From contig CAKUIA010000021.1 in NCBI GenBank assembly GCA_934660865.1, positions 8,201-40,200 of the forward strand: a stretch of DNA of 32,000 nt. Reading direction: 5' to 3'. The notes beneath the pieces were generated by a model that searched no databases, was not told where the DNA came from, and saw only the letters and a program-made list of their open reading frames with translations. The DNA comes from an uncultured Opitutales bacterium. Lineage in GTDB: Bacteria; Verrucomicrobiota; Verrucomicrobiia; Opitutales; Intestinicryptomonadaceae. The translations under genes and the position numbers were made by a program. Below are positions 15,507-23,834 of the stretch, piece by piece (the stretch's first letter is position 1; every line of letters starts with the position of its first letter).

Positions 15507-17624
15507 ATGAATAAGAAACGCATATATATGTTGGGCAGGGTTGCCGTTTTGTTTTTTGCGCTTTTCGCTTCGCTTTGCGCCTTCGGCGAAAATCCGGAAA
15601 AGCAGCGCGCATTTTCGGGCGAATGGATAACAACGCCCATGTTCGAAAATCTGCAAAAAATAAACGTATTTCGCCGCCAGCTAGACGGCAAAAGGGCGGC
15701 AGAAATAAAAAAGCTTTCTACCATACGAAACAAGCACATATTGTTCAGAAAAACTTTCGAGCTGCCCGAAGCCGTCAAGAATGCCCGGCTTTATTTTTCG
15801 GCCGACGACTACGCGAAAATCTACATAAACGGGCAGTTTGTAGCGCAGGGGCCGACGGCGGCCTACAACTTCCACTACCTATACAATACGGTAGACGTTT
15901 CCAAATTCCTCAAAAAGGGCAAAAACACGATAGCAGTTCACAGCTACTATCAGGGGCTTATAAACAGGGTGTGGGTTAGCGGCGACAACCGCCACGGCTT
16001 TATTTGCGATATTGTTGCCGACGGCAAAACCGTTTTAAAGAGCGACAATTCCTTTAAATATGCCTATCACGACGCGTTTACCGCCACGGGCATTGTCGGT
16101 TACGACACCCAGTTTATGGAAAGCTACAACGCCAGTGCCGCCCAAGTCGGTTTTGAAAACCCCGATTTTGACGATTCTAAATGGCAAAGCGCCGTTGTCG
16201 CCAAGCTGGCCGACTACACTTTGTTTGAGTCTCCGCTTGCAAATTTGCAGTTCGAAACAATTAAGCCGAAAGTTATAGAGCGCCGCGGCAGGCGCATTTT
16301 TGCGGATTTCGGTGCAATGTATGTGGGCTATTTTAACATGAAGGCCTCCGGCAAAAAGGGCGCAAAAATCGAACTGCGCTTCGGCCAAGAGCTTAACGAC
16401 GACGGCTCGGTGCGCTACAAGCTTAGGGCAAATTGCGATTATAGAGAGCACTTCATACTCTCGGGCAAAAAGGGCGACACGCTCGACCAGTTCGACTACA
16501 AGTCGTTTAGATATGCCGAAATTATAGCGCCCGAAGGCGCGGATATAGACGAAAAATCCGTAGAGCTTGTCGCCCGCCATATGCCCTTTAAGCTTAAGGC
16601 GCAATGCAGGTACAAGGGCGACAAAACAGTCGAAAAAATCTGGAACTTGTGCGTGCGTTCCATGCAATACGGCGTGCAGGAACAGATACAAGACTGCATG
16701 GACAGGGAAAAGGGCTACTATTTGGGCGACGGCTGCTACACAATGCTTACCTATTGCGTGCTTACTAACGACTACGCTCCCATGAAAAAAATGGTAGACG
16801 ACTTTTTGCGAACCTCGTTTATAGACGGCGGTTTGGTAACCTGCGCAAACTGCTCGTTTATGCAGGAAATTGCGGAATATCCCTTTATGATGTTTATGCT
16901 TTTGCCCGTGCTTGAAAAGCGCGACGCCGAGTTTGTAAGGCAAAGAATGGGGCAGTTTAAAAATATATTGGACTATTATGCGAAAAACTACGCCGAAAAA
17001 GACGGGCTTTTGAACAATCTCGACAAATGGTGCGTTGTTGAATGGCCCGCGTCTTGGCAGGACAACTACGATGTAGACGTAAGCGAAGGAAAGGTATGCC
17101 GCACAAAGCACAATGTTATAAACGCATGGTATGTTGGGGCGGTGTTGCTATACAACAAAACGGCGCGCAGGCTTGGAATGTCGGAATATGCGGGGCAAAC
17201 ACAGTTAAAAGAGGCCTTTGTAAACGCGTTTTTCGACAAGGAAAAGAACTTGTTTAAAGATTCGGTTGCAAGCACACATACGAGTTTTCCCGCAAACATA
17301 TATCCGTGGTTTTTGGGCTTGTGCCCAAACAAAGAATCTAGCCAAAACATTTTGGAGATGGTAAAAAAAGAGAGAATGCAAAAAAGCATTTTGTTTATAA
17401 CATTTCCAATGTTTGCCTCGCTTAGAAGGGACGGGCAAGAAGGGCTTTTATACGAATTGCTGACCGACAAAAACGCCTGGCTTAAGATGCTCGAAGAGGG
17501 GGCTACCGCCACGTTTGAGGGCTGGAGCAAAACCTCAAAGCGCAACGCCTCTATGTTCCACCTAACGCTTGCGTGCGCAGCCGTGTTTATGGCCGACTAC
17601 GACATAAACGAGATTTTCGAATAG
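15507..17624 (+). CDS. GH78-like glycoside hydrolase (alpha-L-rhamnosidase family), secreted
   Basis: I prefer the ATG at 15507 (MNKKRIYMLGRVAVLFFALFASLCAFG signal peptide) over the TTG at 15471. ARLYFSADDYAKIYINGQFVAQGP resembles the rhamnosidase N-terminal domain. DCMDREKGYYLGDG resembles the DCPxRExxGWxGD catalytic-domain motif of GH78. Confidence 0.7.
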   Translation: MNKKRIYMLGRVAVLFFALFASLCAFGENPEKQRAFSGEWITTPMFENLQKINVFRRQLDGKRAAEIKKLSTIRNKHILFRKTFELPEAVKNARLYFSADDYAKIYINGQFVAQGPTAAYNFHYLYNTVDVSKFLKKGKNTIAVHSYYQGLINRVWVSGDNRHGFICDIVADGKTVLKSDNSFKYAYHDAFTATGIVGYDTQFMESYNASAAQVGFENPDFDDSKWQSAVVAKLADYTLFESPLANLQFETIKPKVIERRGRRIFADFGAMYVGYFNMKASGKKGAKIELRFGQELNDDGSVRYKLRANCDYREHFILSGKKGDTLDQFDYKSFRYAEIIAPEGADIDEKSVELVARHMPFKLKAQCRYKGDKTVEKIWNLCVRSMQYGVQEQIQDCMDREKGYYLGDGCYTMLTYCVLTNDYAPMKKMVDDFLRTSFIDGGLVTCANCSFMQEIAEYPFMMFMLLPVLEKRDAEFVRQRMGQFKNILDYYAKNYAEKDGLLNNLDKWCVVEWPASWQDNYDVDVSEGKVCRTKHNVINAWYVGAVLLYNKTARRLGMSEYAGQTQLKEAFVNAFFDKEKNLFKDSVASTHTSFPANIYPWFLGLCPNKESSQNILEMVKKERMQKSILFITFPMFASLRRDGQEGLLYELLTDKNAWLKMLEEGATATFEGWSKTSKRNASMFHLTLACAAVFMADYDINEIFE

Positions 17625-17627
17625 GGC

Positions 17628-17700
17628 GCTGCGGTTAAACCCCGCAGCCGTTTTGCCGCCTTTTTTACAAACAAAAATCCCGAAATTTTCGGGATTTTTT
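17628..17700. terminator. Two tandem hairpin terminators between convergent genes
   Basis: Hairpin 1: GCTGCGG-ttaaacc-CCGCAGC (17628-17648), followed by a T-rich tract. Hairpin 2: AAAAATCCCG-aaatttt-CGGGATTTTT (17673-17700), flanked by an A-run and a T-run, so it can act in both directions. Confidence 0.55.
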
Positions 17701-17740
17701 GCGTTTTAAATGCCGTTTTTTGCCGAAAACTTTTTGGGCT

Positions 17741-18397
17741 TTAAACGTGGTAGTGCCATTTATATTCTATTTTGGCGATGTGCTCCATTATTCGGTCGGC
17801 TATTATCTGGGCGCGGTCGTGGTTCCCCTTTTGGGGGTCTATGTCGGCAACGTTAATGGGGTTGCCCGCAATTATCGTTATGCGCGTGCCCGCCGTAACT
17901 TTGTTGGATTTCGGCATAATCTTGAAATATCCGAAACTGCGTATCGGCAAAACGGGAATTTTAGCCTTAAGCGCCAGCATTGCAGCCCCCGGTTTTGCCT
18001 TCAGCAAATTGCCGTCTTCGGTGCGCGTGCCTTCGGGGAAAATAATAAGCGAATGCCCGTTTTTTATGCGCTTAAGAGCCTCTCTTATTGCCCCGAAATC
18101 GTTGCCGCCGCGCTTTATGGGAATTGCGTTTAGCGCCGAAAAATATATGCGCAAAATGGGGTTTTTCATAAGCGTGTCGCGCGCTATAACCGAAACGTTG
18201 TCGTTATGGAAAACCGACATTGTAGGCGGGTCTAAAAAGCTTACGTGGTTTGCAACTATAATGCAGTTGCGCTTTGGGGCCTTGTCGAAACCGTATATTT
18301 CTATTCTGCCGAGCAAATCGTTGAACGCGAAAAAAACGTGCCACGATACGCAGTACCAAAAGCCCGAATTTTTTAACGATGCAAATGTTGTTTTCAT
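17741..18397 (-). CDS. plsC: 1-acyl-sn-glycerol-3-phosphate acyltransferase (housekeeping PlsC)
   Basis: H-x4-D box ANHVSFLDP and FPEGTRT box. I prefer the ATG at 18397 (MKTTFASL...), which forms a TAATG stop/start overlap with aroA-cmk. The longer ORF-track start (18487) would lie inside the upstream gene. Confidence 0.85.
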   Translation of the reverse strand: MKTTFASLKNSGFWYCVSWHVFFAFNDLLGRIEIYGFDKAPKRNCIIVANHVSFLDPPTMSVFHNDNVSVIARDTLMKNPILRIYFSALNAIPIKRGGNDFGAIREALKRIKNGHSLIIFPEGTRTEDGNLLKAKPGAAMLALKAKIPVLPIRSFGYFKIMPKSNKVTAGTRITIIAGNPINVADIDPQKGNHDRAQIIADRIMEHIAKIEYKWHYHV

Positions 18398-20367
18398 TAT
18401 GCCTGTAAAATTATTGAAATGCTTTTTTGTATAACCTCGTCTTTTGTCATATACGAAGTGTCTATTTTTATTGCGCCTTCGGGGCAAAGCAGGGGGGCTG
18501 TTTTGCGCTTGCTGTCAAGGGCGTCGCGCTTTGCAACCGAGTCGCCAATGCCCTCTTTTGCGCGCCGCGCCGCCCTCGTTTCGGGGTTGGCGTCTAAAAA
18601 TATCCTTACGTCGGCGTCGGGGAAAATAACCGAGCCGATATCCCTGCCTTCCATAATAAGCCCGTTAAAGCCAAGCTTTTTCGCCTCGTCTTTCATCGAG
18701 CGCTGGTAGTTTTTAAGAAATTCCCTTAAAAACGGCTTTGCGGCAAAATAGGCTACGTTTGAGTTTATCCTTTCGGTTCTTATGTCGCAGTCTTTTACAA
18801 TATGGCCGTCTACCGCCATTTTGGCCTGGTTTTTTCCCTCTATTTTGGTGGAAATTTCAAGCCCGTTTATCGCTTTTAAAATTTCGGCGTCGGGGCTGTT
18901 GTAGCTTAGGTTGTTTTCAAGCAAAATATACGTTAAGGTTCTGTAGTGCGAACCCGTGTCGACGTGCATATAGTTAAGGGTTTTAGAGCTTTCCTTAGAA
19001 ACGCTCGATTTGCCGACGGCAGCTCCGCCGTCGATTGCAACAACTTTAAATCGGTCGGATTGCATTTTCCAATTCTCCATATCTTCAAAAAATTCGGGCC
19101 AGGTTTTGCCGCAGCATTGCGGGTTTTGTATGTCTATCCACGAAGCTCCGTTTAGGTTGCATGTGCCCAAAACGGCAAAGGCCATCGCCATTCTGTGGTC
19201 GTTGTAGGTTTCTATTAAAACGGGTTTTTGCGCGGTTTGCCTAAGCTCTTCGGGCAACGGCGGGGCAATGTCTATCGAGTCGTTGTCTATTTCCACGCTT
19301 TTGCACAGTTTTTTTAGCTCTGTTGCCATCGCCAAAACCCTGTCGGTTTCCTGCTTTCGGGTGTGGGCAATGCCCGTAATTTTCATTTTTTTACCAAGCA
19401 AGGGCGATATTGCCGCCAGGCTTAAAAATGTGTCGGAAATTGCGTTGAAATCCAAATCGGCGCTGCAGTCGAAATTGTGCAGGCTTTCCACAAGCAGGTC
19501 GCCGTCTACATTCGCCGTTTTTACCAATCCGATTTTGCGCAATATGTCGGAATATTCGGCGTCGCCCTGAAGCCTGCATTTTGCGAAATTTTTTACCAAA
19601 ACAGCCCCTTTGTTTACGGCCGCCATTGTAATGGGGTAGCTTGCGGCGGTAGCGTCGGGTTCAACTTCGTATTCGCCTATTCGGGTAGCTTGCTCCTGTC
19701 TTTTTATTTTGTAGCAGGTATCGGCCACTTGGGCGCAAAACCCGAATTGCTCCATCATTTTTATTGTCATTTCGACAAACGGTTTCGAAACCGTGCCGCC
19801 GTTTAATTGTACAAGCGAATCGCTTTCGGCCCTTGCCGACACCATTAAAAACGCCGACAAAATTTGGCTTGAGGCGGTTGCGTCTATAACGGTTTTTCCG
19901 CCGCAAAGCCCCGCGGTTTTCATCTTAAAGGGGAATGCAAATTCCTCGCCCAAAAACTCGAATTTTGCCCCCGAATTTTCTAGGGCAAGCAACAGTCCCT
20001 TTACGGGGCGTTTGTACATTTCCTCGTCGGAATCGAAAATGTATTCGCCGCCCCTTGCAAGGGCGCACAATGCGGTTATAAACCGCGCCGCCGTTCCCGC
20101 ATTGCCAACAAAAAGTTTTGCGTGCGCGTTCGGTATTTTGCCGCCAAGCCCGGTAATGGAAATGTCGTTTGCGTTTTCCGAAATTTCGAAGCCCAGCTTT
20201 TTAAGGCAGTCGAGCATAATTACGGTATCGCGCGAGCGCAGTATGTTGCGCACAACAACGCGCCCGTCGCAAAGCGATGCCAAAAGCAAGGCCCTGTTTG
20301 TTATGCTTTTAGACGACGGCAGCTTTGCCGAAAACGCCGCGCCTTTGTTGAAGGTTTTTATAAGCAT
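18397..20367 (-). CDS. aroA: Bifunctional 3-phosphoshikimate 1-carboxyvinyltransferase (EPSP synthase) / cytidylate kinase fusion
   Basis: 656 aa. The N-terminal ~430 aa are AroA-like (LPSSKSITNRALLLASL, HRMAMAFAVLG). The C-terminal ~220 aa are Cmk-like (VAIDGGAAVGKSSVSK P-loop, DTGSHYR, GRDIGSVIFPDA). The domain junction is near nt 19070. Confidence 0.85.
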   Translation of the reverse strand: MLIKTFNKGAAFSAKLPSSKSITNRALLLASLCDGRVVVRNILRSRDTVIMLDCLKKLGFEISENANDISITGLGGKIPNAHAKLFVGNAGTAARFITALCALARGGEYIFDSDEEMYKRPVKGLLLALENSGAKFEFLGEEFAFPFKMKTAGLCGGKTVIDATASSQILSAFLMVSARAESDSLVQLNGGTVSKPFVEMTIKMMEQFGFCAQVADTCYKIKRQEQATRIGEYEVEPDATAASYPITMAAVNKGAVLVKNFAKCRLQGDAEYSDILRKIGLVKTANVDGDLLVESLHNFDCSADLDFNAISDTFLSLAAISPLLGKKMKITGIAHTRKQETDRVLAMATELKKLCKSVEIDNDSIDIAPPLPEELRQTAQKPVLIETYNDHRMAMAFAVLGTCNLNGASWIDIQNPQCCGKTWPEFFEDMENWKMQSDRFKVVAIDGGAAVGKSSVSKESSKTLNYMHVDTGSHYRTLTYILLENNLSYNSPDAEILKAINGLEISTKIEGKNQAKMAVDGHIVKDCDIRTERINSNVAYFAAKPFLREFLKNYQRSMKDEAKKLGFNGLIMEGRDIGSVIFPDADVRIFLDANPETRAARRAKEGIGDSVAKRDALDSKRKTAPLLCPEGAIKIDTSYMTKDEVIQKSISIILQA

Positions 20368-20369
20368 GG

Positions 20370-21203
20370 CTAAAGCGATTCCCTAAATTTTTGCGAAGAC
20401 GCCAAAAACCTTTTTATGGCTTTGGTGTTGCCGCTTTTTAAAAGCTTTTCGAAATTTTTAAACTCGTCTATCTGGTTTTTTAACGCCTTTAAAATCGAGC
20501 TTTTGTTTTCGGTTATAATGTCGGTCCACAAAACGGGGCTGCCGCCCGCTATTCGGGTTGTATCTTTAAAGCCGGTGCTTAACGCAAACCTTTCGTTTTT
20601 GCCCTTTGCGTTTTTGCATAAAATGGCCGCGGTTATGTGGGGCAGGTGGCTTATTCGGGCAACGCACAAGTCGTGCGCTTGGGGCGTCATAAGCTTAACG
20701 CGCATTTTCAGCGATTTCCAAAAATTTTCCACAAACAGCGTAGCTTGGCGGTTTTTAGACGGAATTACCATGCACGGCCTATTGTCGAAAAGGTCTGCCG
20801 AAGCCCACTGCGAGCCAGATTTGTCGGAGCCCGCCATTGGGTGCGAGCCGACATAAAAGGCCTTCTTGCCCCTGTAGATTTTGTCTACAACGCCGCAGAT
20901 TGCGCCCTTAATGCTTGCAACATCGGTTACAACGGCGTTTTGCTTTAAATGCGGCAAAATTTCGGCGGCGTATTTTGCTATGGTAGAGGGATTCGTGCAA
21001 ATGACAACAATGTCGGCGTCTTTCACACATTCGGCTGGGGTGTTGCACACGGTGTCCGCAAGGCGTTTTGCCTTTTCGCGCGAAGACTGGCTGCGCGACC
21101 AAACGCTTATCTTTGCCCCTTTAATATTCTTTTTTGCCGAAAGGGCAAGCGAGCCGCCCAAAAGCCCCATACCTAGTATGGCTATGTTTTTTGCCGAATT
21201 CAT
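20370..21203 (-). CDS. tyrA: Prephenate dehydrogenase
   Basis: 277 aa. Rossmann motif IAILGMGLLGGSLAL, GSHPMAGS and ISHLPH motifs. Confidence 0.8.
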   Translation of the reverse strand: MNSAKNIAILGMGLLGGSLALSAKKNIKGAKISVWSRSQSSREKAKRLADTVCNTPAECVKDADIVVICTNPSTIAKYAAEILPHLKQNAVVTDVASIKGAICGVVDKIYRGKKAFYVGSHPMAGSDKSGSQWASADLFDNRPCMVIPSKNRQATLFVENFWKSLKMRVKLMTPQAHDLCVARISHLPHITAAILCKNAKGKNERFALSTGFKDTTRIAGGSPVLWTDIITENKSSILKALKNQIDEFKNFEKLLKSGNTKAIKRFLASSQKFRESL

Positions 21204-21240
21204 GGTTAATATTTCGGGGCATTATGTGCAAACTGCCGTG

Positions 21241-21885
21241 CTATGCAATATTTTTTATGCCCGCGGCCTCCAGGGCCGCCTTTCTTTCCAAACAGGTTGC
21301 GCATTTGCCGCAGGGGCTGTCGCCGCCGTTGTAGCACGACCACGTTTTTGAAAAGTCTACCCCAAGCGACACTCCCAGTTTTGCGATTTCGGCTTTCGAC
21401 ATATCCACAAAGGGGGCAACCAGTTTCAGCTTCTTGTCGTCGCAAAGCGAAATTGCAGTTTGCATTGCCCTGGCAAATTCGGGGCGGCAGTCGGCGTAAA
21501 TTGCGTGGTCGCCCGAGTGCGCCGCATAGGCCACCGAATCGGCGTTCGAGGTTATCGCGTAGGCGGCGGCTATCGAAAGGAAAATCATATTGCGGTTCGG
21601 CACAACGGTGTCGGCCATATTTTGCGGGTTGTATTCGGCCAAAGGCACTTTTACCGATTCGTTTGTAAGGGCGCTGTTGCCGAAAACGGGCTTTAAAGAC
21701 GATATGTCGGCTACAAAATGCCTTACGCCCAGTTTTTGGCAGTTGTATTTTGCATATTCAATTTCCCTGTTGTGCCTTTGCCCGTAGTAAAAGCTTATTG
21801 CGGCCGCAACGGAGTTGTCGGCGTGCAGTTTGTAGAGCAAAACGGTGGAATCCAACCCGCCCGAATATATCAATACCGATTTCAT
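21241..21885 (-). CDS. queC: 7-cyano-7-deazaguanine synthase
   Basis: I prefer the ATG at 21885 (MKSVLIYSGGLDSTVLLY PP-loop). C-terminal Zn-binding cysteines SCYNGGDSPCGKCATCLERKAAL. The 85-codon N-terminal extension in the ORF track is low-complexity and unlike QueC. Confidence 0.9.
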   Translation of the reverse strand: MKSVLIYSGGLDSTVLLYKLHADNSVAAAISFYYGQRHNREIEYAKYNCQKLGVRHFVADISSLKPVFGNSALTNESVKVPLAEYNPQNMADTVVPNRNMIFLSIAAAYAITSNADSVAYAAHSGDHAIYADCRPEFARAMQTAISLCDDKKLKLVAPFVDMSKAEIAKLGVSLGVDFSKTWSCYNGGDSPCGKCATCLERKAALEAAGIKNIA

Positions 21886-21981
21886 ATATGCCGCAATATT
21901 TTGCAGCGCAAAGCGCCTTTGTAAAGTATATTTGAAAATGCTTGATATGGCCGCGGCTTTCGGCTTACATATTGCGTTGTA

Positions 21982-23745
21982 ATGAGAACTTCTATTAAGC
22001 AGATAGTTGTTTTTGCGGGCGCGCTGGCCGCGGCGCTGCCGTGCGCGGGGCTGCTCGGGTTGCTGTATTTTAAAGCCCCGAATATAGACAGGATTTCCGA
22101 AAACATATTCGACGACGTTTCGGAGAACAACGCAAAGCACATTGTAGGCGACATTAGGGGGCTTTGCCGCATTATGGATTCGTCGCTAAAAAATTCGGCT
22201 GGCAAAGACGCATACGAATCGGAAAAGGAAAGCCTGAAAGAGTCTATCTGCAAAAATCTTGAAAGCACAAAAGTGGGCGCAACGGGCAATTTTTGGGTTG
22301 TGGAGTTTTTGGACGAATTCAATACCGTTGTGCGCGTTTCGAAAAAAGGGCTTAAAACGGGCAAGATTATAGAAAAAGACTTTAACGAGCTTGATTTAAA
22401 GCCCCTGCAAAAGGCCATAGGCGAGCTTTTGGCTGCTGCCAAAAAAAACGGCGAAAAAATCAACTTTGTAAAGCGTTCGCCGGCCGATATGCGCATAACG
22501 GGCGAAAGGTATACCGCATTTTGCTATCTTCCCGAATTTAAATGGGTTATTGGAGTATCTTTCGCCGACAACGTTCCCGAAAAACAGGCTGTTTCAAAGG
22601 CAAAGCCCATCGACAGCGTAGCCGACAAATTTTCGGCAAAACTCGGCTCTAAAAAGATGTTTTTAGACATTCTTACCGTTTCGCTTGTGCTGCTTGTAGG
22701 TGCGGTTGCAATTTCGCTTATAGTGTCGTCGAACATACTTGTGGGGTTTAAGTCGGCGAATATGGCGTTAAAGCTTTTAAAGTCGGGCAAGGTTAGAGAG
22801 GCCGCCTACATTCTAAGAAGCGCCTCGTTTAACAACAAAAATTCGTTCTCGGAAATGGACGAAATTTTCCAAAACATTGCGGGCTATATAAACAGGATAA
22901 ACGAATCGATTGTGTCTTCGAAATCGAAATCGGCCAGAATTTCCGAGCTTTCGCGCCGCATTTCGGCCTCGCTGTTCGCGTTCGAAAACTTTGTAAAGGC
23001 CGAGGATTTGTCGGTAAGGCAGGTGTACCAGCAGTCCAATTCCACCGCCTTTTCGGCGCACGCGCTAAGCGCCACTACGGCCGAATCTTCAAGGGAAATT
23101 TCGGAATTTGCGGTGCACTGCAAAAGCGCAAAGGCCCATTTTGAAGAGCTTGGCCGCGATATGGGCTATTTGGCGCTTTCGGCGACCGAAACGGCAAACA
23201 GGCTAAAAAGTTTGCTTGAAATGTCGGGCCAGATATTCCAGTCGCTTTCGCAGATAGAAAAGTTCGGCGAAAACGCGAATATGCTTTCGTTTAACATTGC
23301 AATAGCCGCCGAAAAAGACGGCGGGGCAAGCGCGGGGCTTTCGGCCGTATCGCGCGAAATACACAAAATTGCGCAAAACATAAAACAGCTTGGCAAAAAT
23401 GTCGAAACGGCCTCCAAAGACCTGCAAAATTCGCTGGCATGCGACATTGCCGACGCTTCGCTTTTCGTGTCGAAAATAGGCGAGGCAAACGCCGAATTGG
23501 CGGCGTTGACGGGCGATTTTTCCGACATAGACGGCTATGTGTCGGAGCTGGACAAGGGGTTTTCGCGCTTGTCAAAATCCATTGCCGAGCAGTTCGAAAT
23601 TTCGGGCAAACTTTCGGTTTCTATGGATATAGTCGCCCAAAGCTCCGAAAAAATCAGGGCAAAAAACGCCGATTTTAAGTCGTCGTCGGACTTGCTTAAG
23701 CTTTCGGCCGACACATTCAAGGGCGTATCGGAAAACTTTTCGTAA
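21982..23745 (+). CDS. Methyl-accepting chemotaxis protein-like transmembrane sensor (divergent signalling domain)
   Basis: 587 aa. TM1 (residues ~8-30), a ~200-aa periplasmic domain with a Cache-like ending (YTAFCYLPEFKWVIGVSF), TM2 (~228-252), then a long coiled-coil cytoplasmic domain. Its hairpin region, NMLSFNIAIAAEKDGGASAGLSAVSREIHKIAQ, is recognisably related to the MCP consensus NLLALNAAIEAARAGExGRGFAVVAxEVRxLA but is degenerate. Confidence 0.6.
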   Translation: MRTSIKQIVVFAGALAAALPCAGLLGLLYFKAPNIDRISENIFDDVSENNAKHIVGDIRGLCRIMDSSLKNSAGKDAYESEKESLKESICKNLESTKVGATGNFWVVEFLDEFNTVVRVSKKGLKTGKIIEKDFNELDLKPLQKAIGELLAAAKKNGEKINFVKRSPADMRITGERYTAFCYLPEFKWVIGVSFADNVPEKQAVSKAKPIDSVADKFSAKLGSKKMFLDILTVSLVLLVGAVAISLIVSSNILVGFKSANMALKLLKSGKVREAAYILRSASFNNKNSFSEMDEIFQNIAGYINRINESIVSSKSKSARISELSRRISASLFAFENFVKAEDLSVRQVYQQSNSTAFSAHALSATTAESSREISEFAVHCKSAKAHFEELGRDMGYLALSATETANRLKSLLEMSGQIFQSLSQIEKFGENANMLSFNIAIAAEKDGGASAGLSAVSREIHKIAQNIKQLGKNVETASKDLQNSLACDIADASLFVSKIGEANAELAALTGDFSDIDGYVSELDKGFSRLSKSIAEQFEISGKLSVSMDIVAQSSEKIRAKNADFKSSSDLLKLSADTFKGVSENFS

Positions 23746-23834
23746 AAACCCGGCGCAGGGCAGCCAAAAAAACCGCGTTTTTGTGCTTTTTTTAAGCAAA
23801 AAATGCTTGAGTATTTTGCCGTATATTTGAGATA

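Noticed and set aside
16035-17111. 358-aa ORF on the minus strand, antisense to the GH78-like gene. Similar long antisense ORFs lie at 21882-22496, 11389-12108, 26511-27107, 19793-20386 and 17772-18434.
   Set aside because: All sit entirely inside well-supported genes on the other strand. Their composition is low-complexity and skewed (V/F/K/A/R-rich) with no recognisable motifs. These are typical shadow ORFs produced by codon bias.
21886-21981. Possible preQ1 riboswitch in the queC leader, since queC is a frequent preQ1-I/II target.
   Set aside because: I reverse-complemented the 96-nt leader. It contains only two short 4-5 bp hairpins (GCGC-ttt-GCGC and GCAA-aata-TTGC). There is no P1 stem followed by the conserved A-rich ...AAAAAACUA-type tail. 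A covariance-model scan (Rfam preQ1-I/II/III) would be decisive.
21886-22140. 85-codon N-terminal extension of the queC ORF (299-aa version), and the 30-codon extension of plsC (18398-18487).
   Set aside because: The extensions are basic and low-complexity, unlike the protein families concerned. They would overlap the neighbouring promoter or gene. Internal ATGs give canonical N-termini: the QueC PP-loop, and the TAATG coupling for plsC.
23746-23834. Terminator or promoter signals between the MCP-like gene and purH.
   Set aside because: Only weak AT-only stems are present (AAAAA-ccgcg-TTTTT; GCTTTTTTT-aagc-AAAAAATGC with a mismatch). The TTGAGT...ATAAT pair has non-optimal spacing of about 19 nt. 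This is not strong enough to report as a feature.
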